This document shows positions 24,488-32,000 of a stretch of DNA of 32,000 bases, piece by piece. Each line of letters opens with the position of its first letter. Position 1 is the first letter of the stretch. The translations under genes were made by a program, and so were the position numbers. The DNA is taken from contig NC_009664.2 in NCBI RefSeq assembly GCF_000017305.1, forward strand, positions 570,001 through 602,000, written 5' to 3'. The notes beneath the pieces were generated by a model that saw only the letters and a list, made by a program, of their open reading frames with translations, searched no databases and was not told the origin of the DNA. Origin of the DNA: Kineococcus radiotolerans SRS30216 = ATCC BAA-149 (GTDB taxonomy: Bacteria; Actinomycetota; Actinomycetes; Actinomycetales; Kineococcaceae).

Positions 24488-26905
24488 GTGACGTTCTGCT
24501 GGAGACGACGGCAAGGACGCGGCTCGGGGGGACCCGCCGCGTTCCTCCTCGTCGTCGTCGCCGCGGCGTCCCTGGTCTTCGCTCCCGCGGCGCAGGCCGC
24601 CGACGGCATCGGGTACACCGAATTCGTCATCGCCGACAACACCGGCTACCTCGGCACCCCAGAGGAACTGAGCGGGGGCCTCGTCGACGTCGCCGTCGAC
24701 CGGACCGGCAACACCTACGTCTCCGACTGGGGCAGCCACGTCGTCTTCCGGATCGACGCCCGCACCGGGGTGCGCAGCGTCTTCGCCGGCACGGGACGCG
24801 TGTCCACCACCCCCGACCCGGCTGAGGGGAAAGCTTGGTCCGTCGACCTGGGCCAGCCCTACGGGCTGACCGTCGACGCCGCCGACAACGTCTACATCAC
24901 CGACCGCACCCAGCACCGCGTCGTGAAGGTGACCCCGCAGGGAGACCTCACGACGGTGATGGGCGACGGCACGAGCAGCAAGGCCCCCGACGGCACCCTC
25001 GTCGGACCGCGACCCGGCCCGGCCCGGCAGTCCCCGCTGAACCCCATCGAGGTCGCCGTCGGACCCGACGGGACCGTCTACGCCGTCGACGAGGACGCGT
25101 CGGCCGTCGTCGCGGTCCGGGACGGGACGCTGACCGTGGTTGCGGCCAGGGCGGACGTCAACGCCGCGCTCGGCGTCACCGGTCCCCCCCTCTTCGGGCC
25201 CAAGGGACTCGTCGTCCAGGCCGACGGGACGCTGCTCGTCAGCAACAAGTTCGCCCACGACGTCGTGGCGATCCGGGACGGGACCATCACCGTGGTCGCC
25301 GGCGGCCGCAACGGCACCGTCGTACCGGGACCGGCCACCGCGAGCGGTCTCGACCACCCCGAGCGGATCGCCGTGGACCCGCAGGGGAACCTCTACGTCG
25401 CCGACGCGGGCAACGACTCGATCGACGTCGTCGACTCCGACGGCCGCATCAGCGCCCTGCCGGTGACCCTCAACGAACCCACCGGTGTCGCCGTGGCCGT
25501 CGACGGCAGCGTCCTCATCGTTGACCAGAACAACCAGCGGGTCGTGCGGTGGGCGCCGAACGAGCGCCCCACCATCAGTCCGGTCCCAGCGCTGAGCACG
25601 GACGTCGGCACCTCGGCTCGGGCGACGGTGACCTGGACCTCCACCCGCACCTGGGACGTCGTCGGCCCCCTGCCCGCAGGCGCCGCGCTGGTCGACGCCA
25701 CGACCACCGGCGCGACGCTCACCTGGGACCCCGTGCGTGCCGGTACCAGCACCGTCACCGTCCAGGCCTGCGCCTGGCTGTCCCGGTCCTGCGCCCGTCA
25801 GCGGGTCACCCTCGAGGGTCGTGCCGTCCGCCCCGGCGCCCCGGGGGACCTGACGGCGACCCTGACCGGCGGCGTCGTCGGCCTCCGCTGGACCGCACCG
25901 GTGTCCACGGGCGGTACGACGCTGGACGGCTACACGGTCACCGCCATGGACGAGGCGACCGGCGTCCGCACCGACGTCGACGTCACGGGGACCGCGCTGG
26001 ACCTGAGCACCCTGACCGCGGGGCACGCGTACGCGCTGAGCGTCGCGGCCCGCAACAGCGCGGGGACCGGGGACGCGTCCTCGCCCGTGGTCGTGCGGCT
26101 CCCCGCCCCGCCGAGCCCGGTCCCCGCCCCCCGCACCCCCAGCCCCTCCACGCCGAGCACCCCCACGCCCACCACCTCCGCACCCACCACCCCGGCGGTC
26201 GCGCCCGTCCCCGCGCCGACGGCCACCCCGGTCACCCCCGCCGACCCCGTGGAGCCGACCACGGGACCGACGACCGTCCCCACGACCGTCCCCACGACCG
26301 TCCCCACGACCGTCCCCACGACGGCTCCCACGACGGCTCCCACGACCCCGGCCGTCCCGGCTCCCCCGACCCGGGCCGTCCCGACCGCCGTCCCGACCGC
26401 CGCGGCGCGACCGGCGCCCGAGCGGCGGCCGGCCCCGGCGAACCCCACGAGCGCCCCCACCCCGGCGGACCCCACGAGCCCTCCCACCTCCGCGGCAGCC
26501 GCGTCCGTCCCCACCGCGCGGCCCACCACGACGCCCACGACGACGCCCACGACGACGCCCACGACGGCGAGCGCGAGCCCCTCCCCCGCCGCGCTGCCCC
26601 CCGCGCCCCCCGCCGACCCGCCCCCCGCGCCCCCCGCCGACCCGCCCGCCGCGGGCCGGTCCGCACCCCGGCCTCCCCTGCTGGACCGCCTCCCCGAGGC
26701 GATCGCCGCCCCCGTGCGCGCGGTCGCGACGGTGGGGGTGGCGGTGGCCCGTCACGCCCAGTACCCGTCCGCGGTGTTCGCGCTCGCCGGGTTCTTCCTG
26801 CTCGCCCAGCGCCGCATCGACCGCGACGACCCGAAGCTCGCGCTGGCCCCGGTGGTGCCCGACGACCGGGTGCCCTTCGAGACCCAGGAGGTGGCGCCGT
26901 GGTGA
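24488..26905 (+). CDS. secreted NHL-repeat beta-propeller / fibronectin type III protein with Pro/Thr-rich stalk and C-terminal membrane anchor
   Basis: GTG 24488 after GAAGGA. Signal peptide ...LVFAPAAQA-AD. NHL-like blades (PYGLTVDAADNVYITDRTQHRVVKV, PERIAVDPQGNLYVADAGNDSIDVV, PTGVAVAVDGSVLIVDQNNQRVVRW). Fn3-like PGAPGDLTATLTGGVVGLRWTAP...GYTVTAMD...YALSVAARNSAGTG. About 190 aa of P/T/A low complexity. Hydrophobic SAVFALAGFFLLA followed by QRRIDRDD. Confidence 0.85.
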   Translation: MTFCWRRRQGRGSGGPAAFLLVVVAAASLVFAPAAQAADGIGYTEFVIADNTGYLGTPEELSGGLVDVAVDRTGNTYVSDWGSHVVFRIDARTGVRSVFAGTGRVSTTPDPAEGKAWSVDLGQPYGLTVDAADNVYITDRTQHRVVKVTPQGDLTTVMGDGTSSKAPDGTLVGPRPGPARQSPLNPIEVAVGPDGTVYAVDEDASAVVAVRDGTLTVVAARADVNAALGVTGPPLFGPKGLVVQADGTLLVSNKFAHDVVAIRDGTITVVAGGRNGTVVPGPATASGLDHPERIAVDPQGNLYVADAGNDSIDVVDSDGRISALPVTLNEPTGVAVAVDGSVLIVDQNNQRVVRWAPNERPTISPVPALSTDVGTSARATVTWTSTRTWDVVGPLPAGAALVDATTTGATLTWDPVRAGTSTVTVQACAWLSRSCARQRVTLEGRAVRPGAPGDLTATLTGGVVGLRWTAPVSTGGTTLDGYTVTAMDEATGVRTDVDVTGTALDLSTLTAGHAYALSVAARNSAGTGDASSPVVVRLPAPPSPVPAPRTPSPSTPSTPTPTTSAPTTPAVAPVPAPTATPVTPADPVEPTTGPTTVPTTVPTTVPTTVPTTAPTTAPTTPAVPAPPTRAVPTAVPTAAARPAPERRPAPANPTSAPTPADPTSPPTSAAAASVPTARPTTTPTTTPTTTPTTASASPSPAALPPAPPADPPPAPPADPPAAGRSAPRPPLLDRLPEAIAAPVRAVATVGVAVARHAQYPSAVFALAGFFLLAQRRIDRDDPKLALAPVVPDDRVPFETQEVAPW
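26267..26347 (+). repeat. in-frame 12-bp tandem repeat (about 6.75 copies) encoding (P-T-T-V/A)n
   Basis: ccgacgaccgtc, then cccacgaccgtc x3, then cccacgacggct x2, then cccacgacc. Read directly from lines 26221-26341. Confidence 0.9.
26522..26569 (+). repeat. in-frame 12-bp tandem repeat (4 copies) encoding (P-T-T-T)n
   Basis: cccaccacgacg cccacgacgacg cccacgacgacg cccacgacggcg. Confidence 0.85.
26597..26644 (+). repeat. exact 24-bp tandem duplication encoding PPAPPADP x2
   Basis: ccccccgcgccccccgccgacccg occurs twice back to back (26597-26620 and 26621-26644). Confidence 0.85.
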
Positions 26906-28431
26906 GCCCCGGGGGCGACCCCACCTTCGTGCCGCTCTCGGACCGCGTCCGCTGGACGGCGGTCCTGCGCCTGCTGCTCGTGGTCACCGGCACCGCCCTG
27001 TGGTGGTCCGGCGACCGCGAGCCCGCCCACGACCGCACGCTCGCCGCGCTCGGGCTGGGGTACCTCCTGGTGACCGCCGTCCTGCTGCTGGTGCGCTCGG
27101 GGCGCTCGGTGACCCGGGCCGGGCTGGACGCGGGGCTGCTGCTGGACAGCGTGGTCCTCATCGTCGCCGTCCACGCCCTGGGCGGGGCCGAGGCCCCTGC
27201 CGCGGCCCTGTTCGCCCTGCACGCGGCGGGGACCACGCTGCTCACGTCCTTCCGCACGGGCGTGAAGGTCGCCGGCACCCACACGGTCCTCGTGCTGTGC
27301 CTGGTGCAGGCGCAGGCGACGGGCATCCTGCCCGGCGGGCCGGACGCGGGGGTCTTCCCCTCCAACTTCACCGGCTTCGCCGCCCTGCTGTGGGCCACGA
27401 CCCTGGGCACGGCGACGTTCGCGGCGGTCAACGAGCGGGAGCTGCGCCGGCGCCGGCACGACACCGAGGTGCTGCACGGCCTGCTGGTGCAGCTCAGCGG
27501 GGCCGATGACCGCGAGCGGGTGGCGTCGCTGCTCGTGCGGTTCGTGCGCGAGGAGCTGCCCGCCGCCCGGGCGCAGGTCGTGCTGGCCGGGGTGGACGCG
27601 GCGGGGCCGGGGACCGACCTCGTGGCGGTCCCCGCGGGCCCGCTGGACGCGGTCCTCGTGCGCGCCGAGGCCGAGGACCGCTCCGTGCTCGTGCACCGGC
27701 CCCACCCGCGGGAGGACCCGTGGCTGGCCCGCGGGTGGTCGGCGGCGCGGGGGATGGTGGTCGTGCCCCTGCCGGCGGTCGCCGGGCGCGGTTGGCTCGT
27801 CGTCGACCTCGGCGACGGACGAGGGTCGGTCCTGGCCCGCGGCCTCGAGCGGCGCGCGGTGCGGGCCCTGGAGCAGGCGGTGTCCCACGCGGCGCTGGCC
27901 CTGTCGCGGGCGAGCGCCCTGGAGGCCCTGCGCCGGGCCGCCACCCTCGACGGGCTGACGGGGGTCGCCAACCGGCGCACCCTGGACGAGGTGCTAGCGC
28001 GGGTGGACGGGGAGGCGCTGGCCGTGGCGCTGCTGGACGTCGACCACTTCAAGGCCGTCAACGACCGCTTCGGGCACCAGACCGGCGACGAGGTCCTGCG
28101 GGCCGTCGCGGCAGCGGCGGTGTCGGCGGTGCGCGAGGGCGACCTCGTCGCCCGCTACGGCGGGGAGGAGTTCGCGGTGCTCATGCCGGGCACGGGCACC
28201 GCCGAGGCGCAGGTCGTCGTCGAGCGGCTGCGGGCGGCGGTCGCGGGCGGCACGACGCCCCGGGTCACCTGCAGCGTCGGCATCGCCGGCGGTGCGGCGG
28301 GCGACCCGGCGGCGCTGCTCGCCGAGGCCGACCGCGCCCTCTACGCGGCCAAGGCCGCCGGCCGCGACCGCAGCGTCCTCGCCGAGCAGCTCGGGCCGCG
28401 GTCGGCCGAGGTGGGCGCCGAGGACCGCTGA
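26902..28431 (+). CDS. multi-pass membrane GAF-like/GGDEF diguanylate cyclase
   Basis: GTG 26902 overlaps the stop of the NHL gene (GTGA). About 6 hydrophobic helices. LDGLTGVANRRTLDE, DVDHFKAVNDRFGHQTGDEVL, REGDLVARYGGEEFAVLMPG (I-site plus GGEEF). Confidence 0.88.
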   Translation: MSPGGDPTFVPLSDRVRWTAVLRLLLVVTGTALWWSGDREPAHDRTLAALGLGYLLVTAVLLLVRSGRSVTRAGLDAGLLLDSVVLIVAVHALGGAEAPAAALFALHAAGTTLLTSFRTGVKVAGTHTVLVLCLVQAQATGILPGGPDAGVFPSNFTGFAALLWATTLGTATFAAVNERELRRRRHDTEVLHGLLVQLSGADDRERVASLLVRFVREELPAARAQVVLAGVDAAGPGTDLVAVPAGPLDAVLVRAEAEDRSVLVHRPHPREDPWLARGWSAARGMVVVPLPAVAGRGWLVVDLGDGRGSVLARGLERRAVRALEQAVSHAALALSRASALEALRRAATLDGLTGVANRRTLDEVLARVDGEALAVALLDVDHFKAVNDRFGHQTGDEVLRAVAAAAVSAVREGDLVARYGGEEFAVLMPGTGTAEAQVVVERLRAAVAGGTTPRVTCSVGIAGGAAGDPAALLAEADRALYAAKAAGRDRSVLAEQLGPRSAEVGAEDR

Positions 28432-28504
28432 GGTCCGCTGCGCGGGCCCGGCGACGGGGTCGTCGCCCTCGCGGGAGGTCCCCGGCGGCCTCCCCGGGAC
28501 GGGT

Positions 28505-30283
28505 TCAGCGACCCGTCAGCCGCCGCCGGTCGTCGCCGTCGCGCGCGGTGGCCCCGGCGGCGTCGAGGGCCTCCAGCAGCGGCACCGCCACCCGGCGCGA
28601 GGTGCCCAGGGCGCGGCGGGCCTCGCTCACCGAGAACGGTTGCGGAGCACCGCTCAGCGCCTGCACCGCCCGGTCCCGGTAGCCGGGGGCCAGCACGAGG
28701 CCCTCCGCGACGCGTTCCAGCCGGCCCGCGCGCACCGCCGCGGCGAGCTCGGCGCGTCCCAGCCGCAGCTCCCGCAGCCGCTCCACGTCGGGAGCCGCGA
28801 ACGGGTCGCGGCGCAGGTCGGCCAGGACGAGGTCCACGGCCCGCTCGACCGCCGGGGGCAAGTCGGAGGTGCGTTCGACGACCCGTCCGTCGTGGACGCG
28901 CAGCGGGGGCGCCACCAGGGCCTCGACGAGCTCCAGGGCCGGCAGCCCCAGCAGCCGCCGGGTCTGCTCCAGCGTCGGTCCCGGTTGCAGCGGGTTCGCC
29001 GCCGCGAACCCCGCCACGACGCGGCGCAGCTCCCGGCCGCGGTCGGCCCAGAACCCCGGGTCGGCGTACCAGTCCCCGGCCACGGGCCGGCCGGTCGGGG
29101 TGACCCCGGTGGTCCGCAGGTGCCGCCCGCTGAGCAGCCGCCGCCGGCGCAGCTCGCGGGGGAAGTCCGGGCCCACGACCCCGGCCAGGTCCGTGACCCG
29201 GGCGGCGGCCGCCCCGCGCCGCCGCAGCGGCGGCGGGTCCACGTCCAGGGCGGTCCCCGCCCCCAGGACGGTGTGCTGCGCGGGGTCGCGCAGCAGCAGC
29301 CGGTCCCCCACCCGCAGCGGCAACGGGGTCGCCAGCTGCAGGCGCAGCAGCACGTCGTCCCCGTCGCGGCCCAGCGGCCGGACCCGGACGGGGACGGCCG
29401 CGGACCCCAGGTGCGCGACGACGTGGGTGGGGACGTCGGTGGCGCCGGTGGCGTCGCCGCCGTGCCCGGCCCGCGGCAGGCGCACGTCGAGGACGTCGCT
29501 GCGCCGGTGCGTCCCGGGCGTCAGCAGCGCGTCACCGCGCCCGACGTCGTGGCGGTCGGTCCCGCGCAGGTTCACCGCGACCCGGGCGACCGCCTCGACC
29601 CGCTCGGCAGCGCGCTCCAGGGACTGCAGGCCCCGGACGTGGACGCGGGCGTCGCCGAGCTCCAGCTCGTCGCCCACCGCCAGGCTCCCCGCGGACAGCG
29701 TGCCCGTGACGACCGTCCCGGCGCCGGTGACGGTGAAGCTGCGGTCGACCCAGAACCGCACGGGCGCGGCGGGGTCGGGGGCGGGCACCGCGGCCAGCAC
29801 CCCGGCCAGCACCCGCCGCACGTCCTCCAGGCCCGCGCCCGACACCGCGCTGCACGCGACCGCGGGGACCTCGCCCAGGCTGCTGGTGCGCAGCTCCGCC
29901 AGCGCGCGCTCGCGGGCGGGGGCGGGGTCGGCCAGGTCCGCGCGGGTCACGACGAGGACCCCGTGCCGCACGCCGAGGGCGTCGAGGGCGGCCAGGTGCT
30001 CGGCGGACTGCGGCATCCACCCCCCGTCGGCGGCGACGACGAACACCGCCACCGGCACCGGGCCCACCCCGGCGAGCATCGTCGGGACGAACCGCTCGTG
30101 CCCGGGGACGTCGACGAAGGCGACCGGCCCGGCGCCCGGCAGGTCCGTCCAGGCGAACCCCAGGTCGATGGTCAGCCCGCGCCGCTTCTCCTCCGCGTAG
30201 CGGTCCGGGTCGCGGCCGGTGAGGGCGCGCACGAGGGTGGACTTGCCGTGGTCGACGTGGCCCGCGGTCGCGACGACGTGCAT
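28505..30283 (-). CDS. selB: selenocysteine-specific translation elongation factor SelB
   Basis: ATG 30283 overlaps the selA stop (ATGA). MHVVATAGHVDHGKSTLVRALTG...RGLTIDLGFAW...DVPGHERF GTPase motifs, then a long winged-helix C-terminal part. The rest of the 1075-aa ORF upstream is a run-on through selA in another frame. Confidence 0.9.
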   Translation of the reverse strand: MHVVATAGHVDHGKSTLVRALTGRDPDRYAEEKRRGLTIDLGFAWTDLPGAGPVAFVDVPGHERFVPTMLAGVGPVPVAVFVVAADGGWMPQSAEHLAALDALGVRHGVLVVTRADLADPAPARERALAELRTSSLGEVPAVACSAVSGAGLEDVRRVLAGVLAAVPAPDPAAPVRFWVDRSFTVTGAGTVVTGTLSAGSLAVGDELELGDARVHVRGLQSLERAAERVEAVARVAVNLRGTDRHDVGRGDALLTPGTHRRSDVLDVRLPRAGHGGDATGATDVPTHVVAHLGSAAVPVRVRPLGRDGDDVLLRLQLATPLPLRVGDRLLLRDPAQHTVLGAGTALDVDPPPLRRRGAAAARVTDLAGVVGPDFPRELRRRRLLSGRHLRTTGVTPTGRPVAGDWYADPGFWADRGRELRRVVAGFAAANPLQPGPTLEQTRRLLGLPALELVEALVAPPLRVHDGRVVERTSDLPPAVERAVDLVLADLRRDPFAAPDVERLRELRLGRAELAAAVRAGRLERVAEGLVLAPGYRDRAVQALSGAPQPFSVSEARRALGTSRRVAVPLLEALDAAGATARDGDDRRRLTGR

Positions 30284-31590
30284 CAGGACACCGCCGCCGC
30301 GACGGCCCCGACCAGCGCGCCGTCGGCCCCGGCGGGGACGCACCGCAGGTCCAGCAGGGTCCGGCCCCCCTCGACGCGGCCCACCACGGCGGGGTCGCCC
30401 CGCCGCAGCGCCTCCGCCAGGTGCGGGGGCAGGGACACCACCCACGACGCCAGTTCCACCCCGGGGGCCCCGCCGCCGCCGACGACGGCCCGCGACGGCT
30501 CCACCCGCGCGTCGACCCCCGCGTCCGCGAGGGCGGCCGCGACCTCCCCGCACCGGCGCCGCAGCTCCGCCGGGTCGGCGTGGACGGCGTCCACCGTCGG
30601 GTTGGCCGCCGCGCGCAGGGTCGCCTCCAGCGCGGCGAGGGTGAGCTTGTCCACGCGCAGCGCCCGGGCCAGGGGGTGCCGGCGCAGGCGCTCGACGAGT
30701 TCCGCCCGCCCCAGCAGCAACCCCGCCTGCGGGCCGCCGAGGAGCTTGTCCCCCGACGCCGTCACGAGGTCGGCGCCGGCGACGAGGACGGAGTGCGCGT
30801 CGGGTTCCTCCGGCAGCAGCGGGTCCGGGGCGAGCAGCCCCGAGCCGGTGTCCACGACGACCGGGACCCCCAGACCGGTCAGCTCCCCGGCCTGCACGCC
30901 CGCGGTGAACCCGGTGACGACGAAGTTGGAGGGGTGGACCTTGAGGACGAAGCCCGTCCGCTCCCCGACCGCCGCCGCGTAGTCGGCGAGCGTCGTGCGG
31001 TTCGTGGTGCCGACCTCGCGCAGCCGCGCGCCGGTGGACTCCAGCAGGTCCGGCAGCCGGAACCCGTCGCCGATCTCGACGAGCTCCCCGCGGCTGACGA
31101 CGATCTCGCGCCCGGCCGCCAGCGCGGTCGCGGCGAGGACCAGGGCCGCCGCCCCGTTGTTCACGACGTGCACGCCGCCCGCGGCGGGCACCGCCGCGGC
31201 CAGGGCGGCCATCGCGCCCCGCCCGCGCCGCGCCCGCCGCCCGGTGGCGAGGTCCATCTCCACGTCGGTGGCCCCGGCCGCGGTGACGACCGCCTCGACC
31301 GCGGCCGGGGACAGCTGGGCCCGGCCGAGGTTGGTGTGCAGGACGGCGCCGGTGGCGTTGAGGACCCGCCGCAGCGTGGTCCCGGCGGGGGGCAGGGAGG
31401 CGAGGACGAGGTCGACGACGTCGCCGGGGGCCGCCTCGCCGTCGCGGACCCGCTGCTGCGCGACCCGGACGGCGTCCTTGACCGCGTCGCGACCGCGGGT
31501 GCGCACGTCCTCGGCCAGGCGGGGGTCGGCGAGGACGGCGTCGGTGCGGGGGACCGAGCGGCGCACGTCCGGCGCGGGGTTGCGGGGCAC
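30283..31590 (-). CDS. selA: L-seryl-tRNA(Sec) selenium transferase SelA
   Basis: 435-aa ORF from GTG 31590. VLNATGAVLHTNLGRA, VNNGAAALVL, and PLP-lysine motif SGDKLLGGPQAG. Confidence 0.92.
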   Translation of the reverse strand: MPRNPAPDVRRSVPRTDAVLADPRLAEDVRTRGRDAVKDAVRVAQQRVRDGEAAPGDVVDLVLASLPPAGTTLRRVLNATGAVLHTNLGRAQLSPAAVEAVVTAAGATDVEMDLATGRRARRGRGAMAALAAAVPAAGGVHVVNNGAAALVLAATALAAGREIVVSRGELVEIGDGFRLPDLLESTGARLREVGTTNRTTLADYAAAVGERTGFVLKVHPSNFVVTGFTAGVQAGELTGLGVPVVVDTGSGLLAPDPLLPEEPDAHSVLVAGADLVTASGDKLLGGPQAGLLLGRAELVERLRRHPLARALRVDKLTLAALEATLRAAANPTVDAVHADPAELRRRCGEVAAALADAGVDARVEPSRAVVGGGGAPGVELASWVVSLPPHLAEALRRGDPAVVGRVEGGRTLLDLRCVPAGADGALVGAVAAAVS

Positions 31591-31616
31591 GGGGCCAGAA
31601 CCTACCCCGGCGTGCG

Positions 31617-31712
31617 TGGCGGAGGCGGATGGGAATCGAACCCACCTGACCGAGGTGCTCGGTCACGTCGGTGTTGAAGACCGCGGGGGCCACCAGGCAC
31701 CCGTACGCCTCC
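31617..31712 (-). tRNA. selC: tRNA-Sec (anticodon UCA)
   Basis: Minus-strand read GGAGGCGTACGGGTGCCTGGTGGCCCCCGCGGTCTTCAACACCGACGTGACCGAGCACCTCGGTCAGGTGGGTTCGATTCCCATCCGCCTCCGCCA. Anticodon loop CTTCAAC, 8-bp long variable arm TGACCGAG/CTCGGTCA, T-loop GGTTCGATTCC, encoded CCA, 96 nt. Lies 27 nt upstream of selA. Confidence 0.85.
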
Positions 31713-31766
31713 CCGGCAGCACGCGTGCCCACCCTGCCACACCGCGACCGCCGCGGCGGTCATACC

Positions 31767-32000
31767 GTGGCCGCCGTGACGGCGACGGAGCGGACGACCC
31801 GACTGACGCAGTACGCCCACGGCGGCGGCTGCGCCTGCAAGATCCCCCCCGGCGAGCTGGAGCGGATGGTCGCCGGCCTCACCGGTCCCCCCGGCGAGGA
31901 CCTGCTGGTCGGGGTCGGCGACGACGCGGCGGTCGTGCGCATCGACGGGGACCGGGCGGTCATCGCCACCGCGGACTTCTTCACCCCCGTCGTCGACGAC
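31767..32000 (+). CDS. selD: selenide, water dikinase SelD (5' part; runs off the window end)
   Basis: Frame from GTG 31767 (or 31776) reads VAAVTATERTTRLTQYAHGGGCACKIPPGELERMVAGL...GVGDDAAVVRIDGDRAVIATADFFTPVVDD, the SelD N-terminal glycine-rich/Cys-Lys active-site loop. Not in the ORF track because no stop lies inside the window. Confidence 0.88.
   Translation, partial: MAAVTATERTTRLTQYAHGGGCACKIPPGELERMVAGLTGPPGEDLLVGVGDDAAVVRIDGDRAVIATADFFTPVVDD

Noticed and set aside
31719-31728. Perfect 10-bp palindrome GCACGCGTGC just upstream of tRNA-Sec as a possible operator
   Set aside because: At this base composition I estimate that tens of perfect 10-bp palindromes are expected per 32 kb by chance. 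There is no second copy or supporting context.
31760-31984. Minus-strand 74-aa ORF at the window end
   Set aside because: It is antisense to the clearly recognisable selD reading frame (TRLTQYAHGGGCACKIPPGELE...).

Overview
High-GC window (about 70-80% GC by hand counts of sample lines) with actinobacterial gene style: GTG starts, GTGA/ATGA start-stop overlaps, and very long spurious alternate-frame ORFs. I support 29 protein genes, one tRNA and one partial gene. (1) 13-3763: a translationally coupled catabolic operon of a PuuD-like amidohydrolase, aldehyde dehydrogenase, SDR and GntR/FadR regulator. (2) 3756-6819: a PAS/GAF-PP2C phosphatase, a Uma2 endonuclease and a degenerate GT2-like ORF. 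(3) 7259-17482: a late flagellar locus. On the minus strand: fliC, fliD, fliS, a fliS-coupled ORF and a FliA/WhiG sigma factor. On the plus strand: an orphan ORF in the flgM position, flgN-like, flgK, flgL and two diverged fliW paralogs. (4) 17546-20733: housekeeping genes (PEBP, YbaK-like, SRPBCC, gpsA, TrmH methyltransferase). (5) 20754-28431: a signalling block of an MCP, a TM-GGDEF-EAL protein, and a secreted NHL/Fn3/Pro-Thr-rich anchored protein whose stop overlaps the start of a multi-TM GGDEF cyclase. (6) 28505-32000: a selenocysteine locus (selB, selA, tRNA-Sec, divergent selD running off the window). No CRISPR array, rRNA or mobile element was seen. Leads most worth following: a recurrent CTCA-N16/17-GCCGA(T/A)G promoter-like motif before late flagellar genes; CsrA-style GGA sites in the fliC leader with two fliW genes but no csrA in the window; the unrecognisable ORF where flgM is expected; and the NHL-surface-protein/diguanylate-cyclase pair. 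All functional calls rest on motifs read by eye. No database search was run.
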